A DNA stretch of 64,000 nt from Trichodelitschia bisporula (lineage: Eukaryota), in contig ML996703.1 in assembly GCA_010356995.1 (NCBI GenBank), forward strand, positions 124,001-188,000. The letters are read 5' to 3'. The translations under genes and the position numbers were made by a program. The notes beneath the pieces were generated by a model. The model was given only the letters and a program-made list of their open reading frames with translations, did not search any database and had not been told where the DNA came from. This document shows, piece after piece, positions 12,518 through 26,204 of the stretch (positions within the stretch are counted from its first letter, which is position 1; every line of letters starts with the position of its first letter).

Positions 12518-13428
12518 CTAGTCCTTCTCTTCTGCGGCTGGGATGACAAGGAACTCAACCTCATCATATTCCTGCAAGAAGGCATACATTCGCTTCTCCC
12601 TACCCGGCAACACGATCGTGCCCTCATCGGGATCCGGAATTTGCCAGAGACTAGACGGATTAGCCGATGCATGAAAGAAAGGAGTGAAAGAACTCACCGG
12701 GCCCAGATCTGCAGGAACCCATCAAAGATGGACAGCCAAATCGCCGTCATCACCAGGCACGCAACAATCAGCAAGCCAACCTGGCCTGGTACCCACGCTT
12801 CACTGGCGGGATACCGCGCCCGGCAGAGGATCTTGTACCGCTGCGGCGTCCCAGGCACGTGTAGTGGTGGTGCAGCCACCACCCCGGTGCTCTTGTTTGC
12901 AGCCTCCAGGCGCTGCTGCTGCGGCGACGGACGACGCAGCGGAGCGGCTTCTGGGGCTCCTGGCAACCCGGCCGATACCCGTGAGTGATGGCATCCATGC
13001 CTTTTGTGGGCTCCGCCGTGCCTCGCGCGGAAGAAGGCGTCCTTCAGCTTCTGGCTAAAATCCTTGGAATCATCTGCTCTTGTCAGACAGGCCAACCGCT
13101 CATATTCGCCATACGAACCTGCTTTCTTGTGCTTACGCCTCTTCTCTGAACGGGGGTGCTTCGTGTGCGCGATGAAACCGGCATCATTGCCTTCGAAAAT
13201 GTCGGCGAGTTCGGGCCGGTGAAAGGAGAGCGCGCGCCAGTGCTCTATTCTTTGGGCAACCTGATTGCATGATTCGAGTGCGGCAGATGTATGGTTGCCG
13301 GAGATCTGGCTCGCTGGAATGGGGTCAATCGGCTGGCAAACACATTCTTCCAGCCCCGGCACGGGCACTGCGATGGCTGACTGCAACAAGAAGCCGAAGA
13401 GAGTGATAGTCGCTACACATCTCGCCAT
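12518..13428 (-). CDS. Hypothetical signal-peptide plus single-TM protein
   Basis: N-terminal MARCVATITLFGFLLQSAIA, several Cys, hydrophobic VGLLIVACLVMTAIWLSIF. Intron 12651-12697 leads to a short C-terminal exon. Confidence 0.65.
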
Positions 13429-14872
13429 GGTGCTAGTGATGCTGAGGAACTGCAGTTGCTTAGCTTTGTATTTCTGCACAATCTCTACAAAGACGCACCT
13501 TGGGATCCGTTTTGTGCGGGGAATCCTCTTCTCAAGCCGGCGCGAAACGTTTCACCGGTGCTTTCAGACGTTTGTTGAATTCTTGTTTGGCAAAACAGAA
13601 AGAATGCGGGGACAAAGAATAAGCAAGGGGAAGAGGCGAAGACATAGAAGTCGAGAGTTCTTCTACACCAGGTTATCCAATAGCAGATATTGAGTTTGCA
13701 TGGAGCGGCGTCGCAAATTAAGCATAAGGAGGGCAGCCCTGAAGGATACGGTCGCCTCTAAATTGCAACCATGGGGTCTGTTCCCTCGCCGTCGATGATG
13801 TATATTGACCTGCAGTAAACCCTCAGAAAACGCACTCCTCCAGCCCGGGGATGTAACGCTTAAGAACCAACACCATGCATGTAGCAAGTTGCAAACCGTG
13901 GTGGCTTGGACATAGGGAGAAGCGCAAGTCGCTTAGGCACAGCTGTTGCACGACGCCAGCGATTCGATGAGGCTTGAAGCCACATGGCGGCGATGAGTCT
14001 AGAACCGGCCGTGGACGCCAGGCATCGACATAAAAAATCGGCCTCTGTTGAAAAGCATGTGGCCAGGGGAGACTACGATGCGGCGCCTCTGACGTCCTTT
14101 TCCGTTCATGGTGTTTGCATGCGGTGTGGACAAAGAGAAGCTTTCATGTCGAAACATCCTAACCCTGGCTGCCCTTGCAGCGCATGGGATCGGGGGGCCG
14201 GATCCTTGGTGGAAGCCCGTGATATCACAGACTATGGATTTCCGCGACCTCAGGGCAAGCTCAGGAGCTTCCGGTTTAGCCGATAGCTTTGGTACAGATC
14301 TCGTATATACCTGGCAGTTAGATGGCATGTCAGCGCGGAGTGAATCCCGTCAAACCTCCGTCAATCCATGATTGCATCGCGGCTTCGGATGTGGGGCATG
14401 GACCTGACTCGCCGACTTTTCATGCTGAGACCGGGTGCGATATTGCATTACCGTGATCATACCTTGCGACGCGCGTAGAGCCAAAGTGACATCCCAAGTT
14501 CTCACGAGATGGACGGAATGACCAGGCGCAGTAGACTTAAGAAAGCCGCCCAGCCACTAGCCACAAGCCAAGGCAATTTAGCATCTCCACATTCCCTTTC
14601 GGGCATCCCCTCTGGGGTACCGGTCTAGACTCCCTGGGACCGGATCCTAATCTCACGTGCGAGCAAATTATCTAGTTTTGGGACGAAGAATGGACAGCCG
14701 AGAAGTACTTTATCGTTATGCTTTGTGTCCAACTTGACAGATACACTTTTCAGAGAACCAAAGGGAATACCCAAAGGCGACTTTTCCATGGAAGAAGGGG
14801 GATCTAAGATGTTGTACAGAGAGAAGAGACCTACTTATACAAGCCGTGACTCCTGTTGGTCTTCGGGTATCA

Positions 14873-16230
14873 TCATGTTAACAAAATATCATAGCCATCC
14901 TTCTGAATGCAGATAACGTCCGCCTCTTGCGCGTACTTTCTCCGCACAATCTCGAAAACGATGAGACCCGCGCTGGTACTGGGGACCTGCTTGAGAGTAT
15001 TGAGCAGGAATCCCTTATACAACCAAGTCCGCCAGCCGCCCACCCGCTTCGCCTGGATATCACACTGCTCAAAGGTCTTCTCGTAGGCGTGGTAGTACAG
15101 CCGGAAAACGTTCCGGCGGTGCTGCGTTAGACTGGAGGCATAGTCCAAGGATTCCAAACGACTGAAGTGGACGTTTTGGATCTCCGTCAAAGGGTGCTGA
15201 ACCACTTGCTGCGCGATTGAAGCCGTCACACCAGCCGCAAGGAGGAATGCGGGCTCGATGAGATAATAGGGACGAATTACAGGTCTGGGCTTATCCGAAG
15301 AATTTTCTGAGTTCAGATCAAAGCCGCGGACCGTGATGTGACCAGATCCATACCAACGGGTGAGAAATCCGTAGTACATCTGCGCTTTCGTGTACTCGAA
15401 CGCAGAGAAGAACAGGGCGCAGCCAAGAGAGTCTTTGATCAGAGCCAAACTCCAGCCGGCAAATATCCCATTCAGACCGATAGAGTGGAGCTTATGAGCC
15501 GAGTAGTGCCACATGCTCTTATACGGACCTTCGAGCATCTCGCTTGTGCGAAAGCGGATCTGTATTGCGTCAAGAGGAGCGGCGATGACCGACTGGATGG
15601 AGCCGGCCATGAAACCTGCCGCGAATGTCTGGCCTAAATATGGCGGAGGATACGTCCGGCGGACCGAATGAGACGAAGGTTCATGAATCCTCCCAAGCAC
15701 TTGCAAGTAGGAAGTGTACAGCACGGCCCCGACGCTCAGTTTGTTAGCGACAACTAAATGTATCTTATGGCTGATTCATACCTCACGTTTGCTATCAGTG
15801 GCGGGAGAACTTGGTTCGGGATGAAAGACCATCCATGCGTCTTCACTGCATGTGCTAAGAGACCGAGTGTGGTTGTCTGCCACGACCAGGCGGCCCCAGA
15901 CTGTACAAGCGGATTGATGGCACGGGCATAGGCCTGTTCGTTTAGTGTTAGCGATTTCGATATCCTCCGTACGGCTTCTATCACGCACCATGTAGCTGAC
16001 GTAGCATTAGCAGAGTCTGCAACATGGCTACGCCCTACTTACTCAACCCGAGTGCGGAAGAAGGCCTTTGCAGGAGCTCGAAAATAGAAGGCTACGACCT
16101 GGGCGCTGACAGCTCGTATACTGGCAGCAGACGCTCCAGTAGCAGCGCTGTTTTTCGACTTCCCAGGGCCATCTTTACCGTCTGAGTGCTCCTCTTTGAC
16201 GGGAGGCGAGACAATACGGGACGTGGTCAT
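14873..16230 (-). CDS. Mitochondrial carrier family protein
   Basis: Px[D/E]xx[K/R]-like motifs (APLDAIQIR, HPLTEIQ), AGFMAGSIQS, LYKGF. Introns 15996-16042, 15934-15988, 15735-15781, with a 7-nt exon at 15989-15995. Confidence 0.88.
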
Positions 16231-16617
16231 CTCAAAAGTGCACAGGCAGCCATATCAGGAGCCCTAGCGACGCTTATCATTTGATGTGATGTACTTACAC
16301 GCTGGTGGTATCCTGTTCCTACAATAGAGGCCCAATCGGGCAAAGATGCTCAAGATGAAAGCGTTGTCTGAAAGTTCTATGGAAAAGCATTCTTCCGGAC
16401 CAGGATCATCTCGGTGGGGCGTGCGAAGAAACTCCGCTCCGCCCCGCACGGGCCACTTCCTAGCGCCTCCCAAGATTCCCGTCGCGCAGGCCACCGCCGC
16501 GTCTTGTCGCGTTCATCACGTCTTTGAGGCTCCCAATCCATCACCCAACCTCATCTCCGTGAAAGTTTACCAGCGCAAAAACCTGGGAGTTCGGTACTTT
16601 TGCGTTAGTTTTCCATC

Positions 16618-19600
16618 ATGGCGGACCAGGTCACCATCGACAAGAAACTCTTCCACGACCGGCTGTCCGCCTTTCTCGCCGCTTGGAAGACAGACAGGCG
16701 GTCCGGCGATGGCATCTTCCAGGGCGTTGGCTCGATCGTGATTTGTGTTGGCAAAGCGAGCGAGGGAGAATATCCAAAGAGCTCGGCCTTCCAGGTATGG
16801 TTCTTGTGCCCATCGCGAGGCTGTCACTGACGTGAACAGCTATGGCTCTTCGGGTACGAGTTCCCAACGAGTTTGTTCATCATCACGCCGGAGACGCTGC
16901 ACGTTGTCATGACGAAGAAGAAGGGTGCGTCACATTCATGATAGATGGGATATTCAGCGGACTAACCCTCCACAGCCACCTACATCCAACCGCTCAAGGA
17001 TGGCAAAGTTCCCATCGAGATTGAGCTTTGCAACAAGGACCCGCTTCAGAATGGGACACAACTGAAAAAATGCCTGGATATCATCAAGGCGGCCGGGGTG
17101 GGTACTAGTTGCCACTCGCATTGGACCTCATGCTGATTGTGGTGCAGAAAAAGGTCGGCGTGCTCTCCAAGGAGAATCCCGCCGGTCCGTTTGCTCAAGA
17201 ATGGTCGAAAGTGTTCGGAGGCATCTCGAAAGAGCTGGACCTGGTCGAGATCTCCAACGTCTTTTCGGCGGCTGCACTTGCGGTCAAGGATGAGCGTGAA
17301 CTCGTGAGTGGTGACAACCTCCGTTTGTCCGTTATCTGACGCCTTTAGCGTGCGATCCGCGATGCCTCTCGCGCGTCGAGCGGCCTTCTCAAGGAATTCT
17401 TCGTAGAGGAGATGTCTGGCATCCTGGACGAGGAGAAGAAGATCACACACGCCCAGCTGGCAGATAAGGTCAACGCAAAGATCGAGGAGCCGCAGTTCTT
17501 CAAGCAGTTGAAGGTCGCTGCGGGCTTCGACCCAACTGCGCTCGACTGGGCGACGATGCCAGTGGTTCAGAGCGGAGGCAGCTACACTCTCAAGTTCGAC
17601 ACCCCATCGGATAACAGCAGCCTCCACGCCGGTGTGATCGTCTGCGCTCTTGGGCTGCGGTACCAGTCATATGCCTCTCTCGTTGCCCGCACGTATATGG
17701 TTGACCCAAATAAGGAGCAAGAGGAGAATTACGCGTTCCTCTTGGAGGTTCAGAAGTTGGTGTTCAAAAATCTCCGGGGAGATGTTTTGGCGAAGGATGT
17801 CTACAATAAGGCCCTCAGCTACGTCGCCTCCAAGAAGCCGCACCTTAAGGACCACTTCTTGAAGTCGATCGGTGCGGGCATCGGTGTTGAGAACCAGGAC
17901 CCGAATCTGGTGTTGAACAGCAAGAATACGCGCCCGCTCAAAGATGGGATGACACTTACCATAGTTGTCGGCTTTCAGGGGCTCGAGAACAAGAAGGCTA
18001 AGAATCAGCGTGGCAAGGTCTACTCCCTCATCCTCGCCGACACTGTCCGGGTGACCGGTGGCGAGCCGGCTGTTTTCACGAAGGACGCCCCCGCTGACTT
18101 GGAGACCATCGCATTCTTCTTCAACGACTCGGAACAAGAAGAGGAAGCGCCTAAACCAAAGGCCAAGAAGGATGCTAAGATTGGTGCGGTCGCCCAGAAG
18201 AACATCACGGCCACACGGCTTCGTAACGAGCGGGCGGCGAACCAAGATGCCGAGAAGGAGGCTGCGCGTCGCGAGCATCAAAAGGAGCTCCATGCGAAGA
18301 AGCAAGAACAAGGCTTGGAGAAGTATGTCAAGGGTACCGGGAATCTCAACGGCACGGAGGAGCGTAAGTTCAAGCGGTTCGAGTCGTACAAGCGCGACAG
18401 CCAGCTTCCGCCTCGGGTCAAGGACAACATTGTCGTTGTGGATTCCAAGAGCTTCACCGTCGTCGTTCCTATCATGGGTCGGGCGGTGCCTTTCCACATC
18501 AACACAATCAAGAACGCCAACCTCACCCCCGAGGGTGAATTCACGTCCCTGCGCATCAACTTCCTGTCCCCGGGCCAGGGTGTTGGTCGCAAGGAAGATC
18601 ATCCTTTTGAGGACCCCAACGCCCACTTCGTACGCAGCTTGACGTTTCGGTCGCAAGACACGGACCGGATGCAGGCCATTGTCCAGCAGATTACCGAACT
18701 CAAGAAGGATGTCGTTCGACGTGAAACTGAGAAGAAGCAGATGGCGGACGTTGTGGAGCAGGACAAGCTTATCATCGACCGTCGGCCCGCGAGGCTGGAG
18801 AGCGTGTTCTTGCGCCCGTCGATTGACAGCAAGCGTGTCAGCGGCGAGGTTCAGATCCACCAGAACGGTCTGACGTACTCCCATGGTATGGGCAACGCGT
18901 CCATCGACATCCTCTTCAACAACATCCGTCATCTCTTCTTCCAACCATGCAAGAGCGAGCTGATTGTTCTCATCCACATCCACCTGATCAACCCGATCAT
19001 GATCGGAAAGCGGAAGACGACGGACATTCAGTTCATGCGCGAAGCGACGGATATGCAGTTCGACGAGACTGGCAACCGCAAGCGCAAGCAGCGCTATGGT
19101 GACGATGAGGAATTCCAGGCCGAGCAGGAGGAGCGTAGGCGCCGCGCGGAGCTCGACAAGCAGTTCCTCAACTTCGCCAAGAAGATCGAGGATGCCGGCC
19201 GCGACACCATTCGCGTTGATATTCCTTTTAGGGATCTTGGCTTCAATGGCGTGCCCGCGCGTTCGAGCGTCTGGATTTCGCCAACGACGGACTGCCTCGT
19301 CCAGTTGACGGAGCCGCCGTTCCTGGTGATTACTCTGTACGACATTGAGATTGTACATCTGGAGCGCGTGCAGGTTAGTTTTCCGATGTCGTATACGCTT
19401 CCACTGAGCTAACGATCGCAGTTTGGTCTCAAAAACTTCGACATGGTCGTCGTATTCAAGGACTTCACCCGCGCCCCGCAGCACATCAACACCATCCCGG
19501 TGGAGTCGTTGGACGCGGTCAAGGATTGGCTCGACAGCGTCGAGATCCCCTTCACCGAGGGTCCGCTCAACCTGCAGTGGCCGACCATCATGAAAACCGT

Positions 19601-19916
19601 CCAGGCCGACCCGCACACCTTCTTCGTAGAGGGCGGCTGGTCCTTCCTTGGTGCGAACTCGGACTCTGAGGACGAAGAACAGAGCTCCGAGGAGTCGGCC
19701 TTTGAGCTGTCGGACGAGGAAGTGGTGAGCGACGAGAGCGAAAGTGAGGCGTCGGACTTTGACGAAGATGCGTCTGCTGAGGAGACTGATCCTGATGCGT
19801 CGGAGGACGATGACACGGAGGGTGAAGACTGGGATGAGCTTGAGAAGAATGCTAAGAAAGCGGATCGTGCCCGTCCGGAGCAGGAGGAGCCTGCCCCTCG
19901 GAAGCGCAAGCGTTAA
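16618..19916 (+). CDS. SPT16: FACT complex subunit Spt16
   Basis: [59 protein letters not shown] and an acidic tail. Introns about 16795-16839, 16925-16975, 17098-17147, 17304-17348, 19374-19421. Confidence 0.97.
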
Positions 19917-20154
19917 GCGCGCTTGGGCTTCTTTCTCGGGTTGGATCTCTTCTGACATAGTGTGTTTGTGTCTCGTGGCGCTGTGATAAAACTACTATCG
20001 TTTCCCCGTTGTATTGTTACGGTGCGTGGCGTTCTCCGAGTGGGTTATCAACGGTCACTAGTTAGATTGCCGCAACACTGTAATGGTCGGTTGAAAAAGT
20101 TCTTTGCCTAGGGATGATATGCTGCTGTGTGAAGTCTCTGGTTCTAATACCCAT

Positions 20155-21755
20155 CTACGCGGGCATCCACTCAAAATGCTTCGCCCCCTTTTCCACCTTC
20201 CCCGGATCCTCCCCCTCAATACCAACCCGGTCATACTTATGCGCCCCAAAAAGATCCAACTGCGCCTCCATAAACTGCGTCGGCAACGCCGTACTCCCCG
20301 CAGCCTTAACATACTCCAAACTCGCCGCCAGGCTCGGGACATAATTATCCCACTCCACCCCCCTTAGCACGACTTCCTTCAACGCGCCTACATTCTCCCG
20401 TAGCGCCGCAGCGACCTCGTCCACGAGCTTCATGTTCATAATCTGCGCCCCGCTGTTGAGGGCCGGGGCGAAGATTTCTGCGATCCCATCCGCCTGGATA
20501 ATGCACCCCGCGCGCCAGATGCGTAAACAGGTCCCCAGGTTTACGTCCCACCCCTCGTCACGGCTTGCTCGGGCAATGAGCTCCAGGCCCTGACAAAACC
20601 CCGCCACGAAACTCGCATACACCGCGCGCCGCAGCGTCTCGACGAACGCATCCCGCTCACTGTCGCTCAAGTCCACCGTCCGCGGTGCCGGCGTCCGAAG
20701 CTTCCCCGCAACCCTTGCGCGCTGTCCCCGCGCCGCACTCTCAATCCGCAAAAAATACGCCGCGGCGATGGTAGGCGCCGCAACATGCCTTTCCGCCGCC
20801 TCGGCCACGCTCCACACACCCGTGCCCTCCGTCCCGTCTGCGTCTTGCACGACCTTGTCTAAGACTTCGGGGAGGACGAGGGAGTCGCGGCGAGGGTCGT
20901 TGGAGCCGACGTCCGCTTCGTGGCGCTTGGTGCAGTTCGTGATGGCGATATCGATGAGGTATGTGCCTTGGAGCTCTGGGGTGCGGAGCCAGGATTTGAA
21001 GATATTTGCGATGGAGGGTTGTGGGAGGGAGAGGGTGTGGCTGAGGAGCGACCAGGCTTCGGAGAGGGTGCTGAGCATGCCCTGCTCTATCCCGTTGTGC
21101 ACCATTTTGACCTGCCCTTGTTAGCACTCCGGAACGGATCCATCCATAGACGGGGTAAGAGACGTACGTAGTGCCCCGCCCCCCCCTTCCCAATCCACGC
21201 CACACAAGGACTCCCATCCCTCGCCTTCGCCGCAAAGCGCTCCAGCACAGGCAACACCCCCTCAACCACCTCCCTACTTCCCCCCGGCGATAAACTCGGC
21301 CCATGCCGCGCGCTCTGATACCCACCACTCACGCCCATCCCAATCCACTCCACGCCCCTAACCGCCAAATCCCTCTGCCGCCTCTGCGTATTCCTATAAT
21401 ACTCATTCCCACCATCCAGGACAATATCCCCGCTCCTCAAATCCCCACCCAGAATCTCAAGAACACTGTCTGCGGGGGGACCGTGCGTGATGCTGAAGAT
21501 GAAGACTTTAGGCGAAGTAGAAGGCATGGAAGCTGTGAATTCGCGGGAGTCTTTGAAGGTTGTGATTCGGGACGCGAAGGCCTTATTGGCGGGATCTGAT
21601 TTGACCTTCTCGGCGTGGTCGATGTTATCCGAGCTGACATCCCAGAGGGAGATCGCGAAGCCTGCTTCTGCGAAGCCGAGCGCGAGCATGGTGCCCATGC
21701 TGCCGGCGCCGACGATGGCGAGGCGCGGGAACTTGTGAGTTGGATCTTCCGGCAT
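20155..21755 (-). CDS. 6-phosphogluconate dehydrogenase-like (divergent paralog)
   Basis: IVGAGSMG Rossmann loop, LDGGNE, GMGVSGG, GAGHY|VKMVHNGIE (intron 21112-21167), GTGVW, IWRAGCII, QLDLFGAH. Confidence 0.92.
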
Positions 21756-22161
21756 TGTTGCTGATCAATTGGAAATGCTGGAGAAAATCAGAGGAGATTA
21801 ACTGCATCTGGAGATCAAAACTGAGGTGTGGATATATCCGCAAGGCAGGTTGGAACGTCATGGTGACATCATGTGACCGAACGTCATTCGAGTGCCACTA
21901 GTTACCAAGTTAGGAAAGAGAAGAGGAAATCGCACTTAAGCCACTGACGAAGCTTTGCTGGAGACGATATTTAATGTCAGCAGTTTATATACCAGCGTGA
22001 TCGCCCTATCGAACCAGACAGCCTCGTTAAAATCCCACATACCAAGTGTACCGGTAGCCCATACGAAACCGCTACTCCGCCTTCCCCCGGCCATTCTAGC
22101 AAACGCCAAATGAGACCTTATAAAACCAGCCCACCAGAATCATCCGCTCACCACGTCACCC

Positions 22162-23757
22162 TTACTTCGTCTTCTTGCTCTCATCCTTCGCGTGCTCCAG
22201 CTGCGCCTGCTTACCCTCGACATACGGATGCTTGATCGTCAAGCACCAGATATCCAGGTAGTCGCAAATCGACGTAATAACATCAATGACAAAGCTCCCA
22301 TACACCCCAACCGCAAGGCCAAGGCACGAGAACATAAACGCGACCTGATAGATATCGTTACCCAGCGCAGACGGCCAGCCGAAGCCAAACTGTTCCAGCA
22401 TCAACGGGCCCGCGCTGTCGATAACGGCGTATACCAAGGGCAGGACGAGGACGTTGTAGAAGGGGAAGCGAGACTTGGTCAGATGCGCAACGATCATCTG
22501 CCCCACGCTGTACGCGTTGATGATGCCGACGAAGAAGACGAACGGCACCAGATGGTGGTACAGGATGATGGGTTGCAGATAGAGATACGCAGGGATCAGG
22601 ATCCAGGCGCCGAAGAACGGGAGCAGGCCCAGAAGGGCCACGCGCGTGCGCTGGCCGCGAGCGCGGCGAGCATGGAGGACATTTTCGGCGCTGAAAAGGT
22701 CAGCGGTGATGAATCACGGTCTTCGGATCAGTACAAACCTCCAGAGCGTGTTCACGACGACCATGGCGCCGCCGTAGACAATGTACCAATCAACCCAAGA
22801 GAGCGCGTAGATCCAGTCAGGGATTACCCCGAAGTCGCTGACACCCAGGGTCGCGAGCATCGGCTGGTGCCAGTAGCTGCCGCCTCCCTTGATCGCGGTG
22901 ATCATGTAGATGACGCACAACGTCAGGATGCCCTCCACTGGCCCCGAGACAATGCCCAACGTCAGGGTGCGCGTATGGTACTCGTCCCAGGTCTGAATAT
23001 AAAAGGTCAGGAGTGCTGCGGAGGTTAGTTATGCCTAGATTTCTAGGTAGAGTACGCACTCGCGAACTGAACCATCACAGTTCTCCAGCCCTGGCCCAGG
23101 TTCATGCATGCTGCGAAGACGATAACTTCGAGAGTCGTGTTCACCGCATCCACACCTGTCGCCATCAGTTATATGCCCACAACCGGGTAACGTCCTTTCT
23201 CCACGCACCATGATCGAACAGTTCGCCTAGCGGTCCACTCTGGTGGGTTCTCCGCCTATCTATAATTAGCGGTATCCCACTTCTCGCTGACAGAACATAC
23301 GCCTGAGAGCCATCCACCGCGTCAAAAGTCTGGTAGAGGAACAATCCAATCGACCAGCTCGCATAAACCCACGGCGGACAGTCTTGATCGAGCGTCGGAT
23401 TGTACCAGAGCACTTGGAGGACGTTGATCACCACGAACATGAACCCGGTGAGAGTAATCTAGGCGCATCGGACTCAGATAAGCCTCGAAACAAGCGGTGA
23501 CTGGAAACTGCGGTACGTGTATACGGTGCAAGGTGCTTGCAAGGGTTTCTTACGAGATTCGGACTGTCGCGCGCCCGTTAGCTGAGATCCAAACACGACT
23601 GGGAAGAGACGACATACGCCATAGACATGGGAAAACACTTGATGACCACATTCGTGTAGAACGGCTTCATGATATAGCGCGATACCAAGCTGTGATCCAC
23701 CCCGGAGTACTTATACTCCTTGAGCTTCGGCAGCTTGTCCTGGCGAATGTAGACCAT
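22162..23757 (-). CDS. EPT1: Choline/ethanolamine phosphotransferase (CDP-alcohol phosphatidyltransferase)
   Basis: MVYIRQDKLPKLKEYKYSGVDHSL; LYQTFDAVDGSQA..RRTHQSGPLGELFDH CDP-alcohol motif; SGPVEG; ICDYLDIWCLTIK. Multi-intron. CPT1 and EPT1 cannot be told apart by eye. Confidence 0.9.
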
Positions 23758-24981
23758 GTTGACGATATCGCGATGAGATGCACAGTTGCCAGGTTTCCGA
23801 CTCGAAGGCGCACACGACACCAGCGAGCGAAGTAAATACCCTGGAAAGCGAGCAGCCGAAACGTTTGCGGAAGACGGCGACAAAGAGAAACAACGTTCGA
23901 AATCAACTGCGAGTGCACAAAGGTGCGAGAGCGGGGTCCTAAGGGACTTTCGAAAAAAAGTGGCTCTTGGTCGCTGTCACAGTCCCCGGGCGGAGCGCGC
24001 TTGATTCTCCGGCAAAGCCTTCACACGCGTTCCAGCCAGATGATGGCGCCCAGTCCTGCAGCCACTGATTTCATCCCGCAAAGCGCACGTGTGGCCAAAA
24101 CTCTCGAACCCTTCATTTTAACGGTGGGAGCTACTTTCTCTTATTAAATTCCTCCACGATCAAGAGAGTGTCTTCGTTCGACTCTCGCATGTGAAAGCCA
24201 AAAGACCCTTATCTCGAGAATCCGCTTCCCCGGAACACGTCGTCGGCAGTCCTCACGAGACATCACGTCGTGAACTTCACACTCCTACGCAGTATGCTGA
24301 GAAGTTGCAGGCTGTACTGGATCCCATTGAAACTCTGCACCAGCTGGGCGGAGCGGTGACCGTTCCCAGTGTGAACTTGGCCGGAGATGGGAAGCAAATC
24401 AAGGAACTTTGAGCTTCTTGGCCTCAACGTCTACTAGTTCTAGCTCCTGTCACATGGCAGACGTCTTTGGCTCATTGTTGACGTTGGGATATCTGCACTG
24501 CACGTCGAGATTGGGTGCGACGGACATTCAAGTCGCAGCCTCCCGCCAGTCAATTGCACTTCAGCTTGCCATTGCATATCACTGGCATGCCATTGGATCG
24601 ATCCCATAGCATTCGTATTCCACAGCTGTGTGGTGGACGTAGCGAGAATGTCACTTTCACGTCTCTGGTCATCAGACAAGACGCGGGCGCAATGCAGTGG
24701 ATTATCTATTCTATGCCGTCCAGCAAGATATGAATGCTACACTTTAATGTAGTGGATCGCATTCATCCTCATTCCCGCCATGGCAAAGACAACAAAGAAG
24801 ACAGTGCGTGGACGATCCAGGCATTCTGATAGTGATGATGCATCTCAATCAGCTCGACCCATTCAGACCATTCTCCGCAACAAACTTCCAGTCAGATATC
24901 CCCCGCACTCACCGCACATAATTCGTATGGTCTTTCGTATCCACAGTCCCGTAGTAGCCTATCTAGGTGATCTGTCGAGAA

Positions 24982-26204
24982 CTAGGCAATCGGACTCCAC
25001 GGCAGCGGAACCAGAACACGGCTCTTCATCGACTGGATGAGCGGGACCGTCTTGTGTACAGTCTCACCCCAGCCTTCGATGCCCCAGCTCTGCTCACGAC
25101 GGATCTTGCGCTCCTCCAGATTGGCGAACTGCCAGAGATGATGGACCGTGTTGAGCTCGCCGATCTGGACGAACCAGGCTCCGACACCCTCCATGACCTC
25201 GCGACGCGCCTTCAGACCACGACGCCAGTGAGTCTCCCACTCCAGAAGATTGCCCGGATGAAGAGTGTAGGAACGCAGCTCGAAGACGCCGCCGAGCGTC
25301 CGAGGAGGCGACGTAGGCCAGAACGAGAATTCCTGCATCAGAGACGTACGCTTGGAGTGGATCAAAGTCTTGAGCTTATCATCGAAAGGATGGAAGTCCG
25401 GATGATGCTGGATCGCGTTGAGCGACTGATGGTAGCCCTGGTAGCGCTGATACTCCCAGATGTGAACTGCGCCATCTTAGCTCCATTCTTCATCAGACCC
25501 GTTCCATATCACTTACTGAATGTGTCGCAATCGCCAACCTCGGTGCGCCAGCTCCCGACAAGGTGAACCTTGTTTTCGGGCATGGAAGCCACACGCGGGT
25601 ACCAGTCCCCGACGAGCTTCACATACTCGTCCACCTTATCCGGTTTGACCTCGTGGAAGACGATCGAGTGCACGTACTTGCCGCGCGCAAGCACCTGCGA
25701 GAAGGAACGCTCCATGTCCTTGTCGAGCTCACGGCCCTCGGCAGTTCCGTAGATCAACGTAGACAACGGACCCTTCTTCTTACCAGACTCTTCACGAGCA
25801 CGCGCTTCCTCTGCAAATTTAGACGAAAGTGAGCCTAGAACAGAAATGATGGGGGATGGCGCGGCGCCCGATCCATTAGGGTAGCTGTCTGTTGAGGATG
25901 CATCGCTAGATGATGCTTGGGAAGGGGAGCCATTGGTACTCGCCGCAGACAGCTTGCCATTCGCACTTGGGTACTGACTCTCAGCTTGCTCTTTCTTCTT
26001 ACGGGTAATGTCTTCGCTTGCGAGCTGCTCGCGAAACTCGCGCTGGTGAGCTTCAAAGGTATCGACGCCGTCGGCTGGCACGTCAGCCAAGGCCGGGGCC
26101 CGAGGCGCGGCCTGCTGCTGCGGGCGCAACAACGAGAACGAGCGAGCGGTATTGATGGTCGTCGACGAACGCCCGACGCGCTGGAAACGAGAGGCCGACA
26201 TCAT
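24982..26204 (-). CDS. NIPSNAP family protein (mitochondrial)
   Basis: Arg/Ser-rich presequence, SFSQVLARGKYVH, LVGSWRTEVG, FELRSYTLHPG, GELNTVHHLW, PLPWSP. Intron 25467-25516. Confidence 0.93.

Noticed and set aside
17667..19958. 763-aa antisense ORF overlapping SPT16 (and similar long antisense ORFs over the GH5, laccase, dehydrin and 58.7-60.6 kb genes)
   Set aside because: Shadow ORFs expected from strong GC3 codon bias; the translations have no recognisable protein features.
24170..24190. GTTCGACTC resembling a tRNA T-loop or B box
   Set aside because: No T-stem or cloverleaf pairing around it.
24191..24412. 73-aa somewhat protein-like ORF (YAEKLQAVLDPIETLHQLGG)
   Set aside because: Non-ATG start, no recognisable motif and no supporting splice structure.
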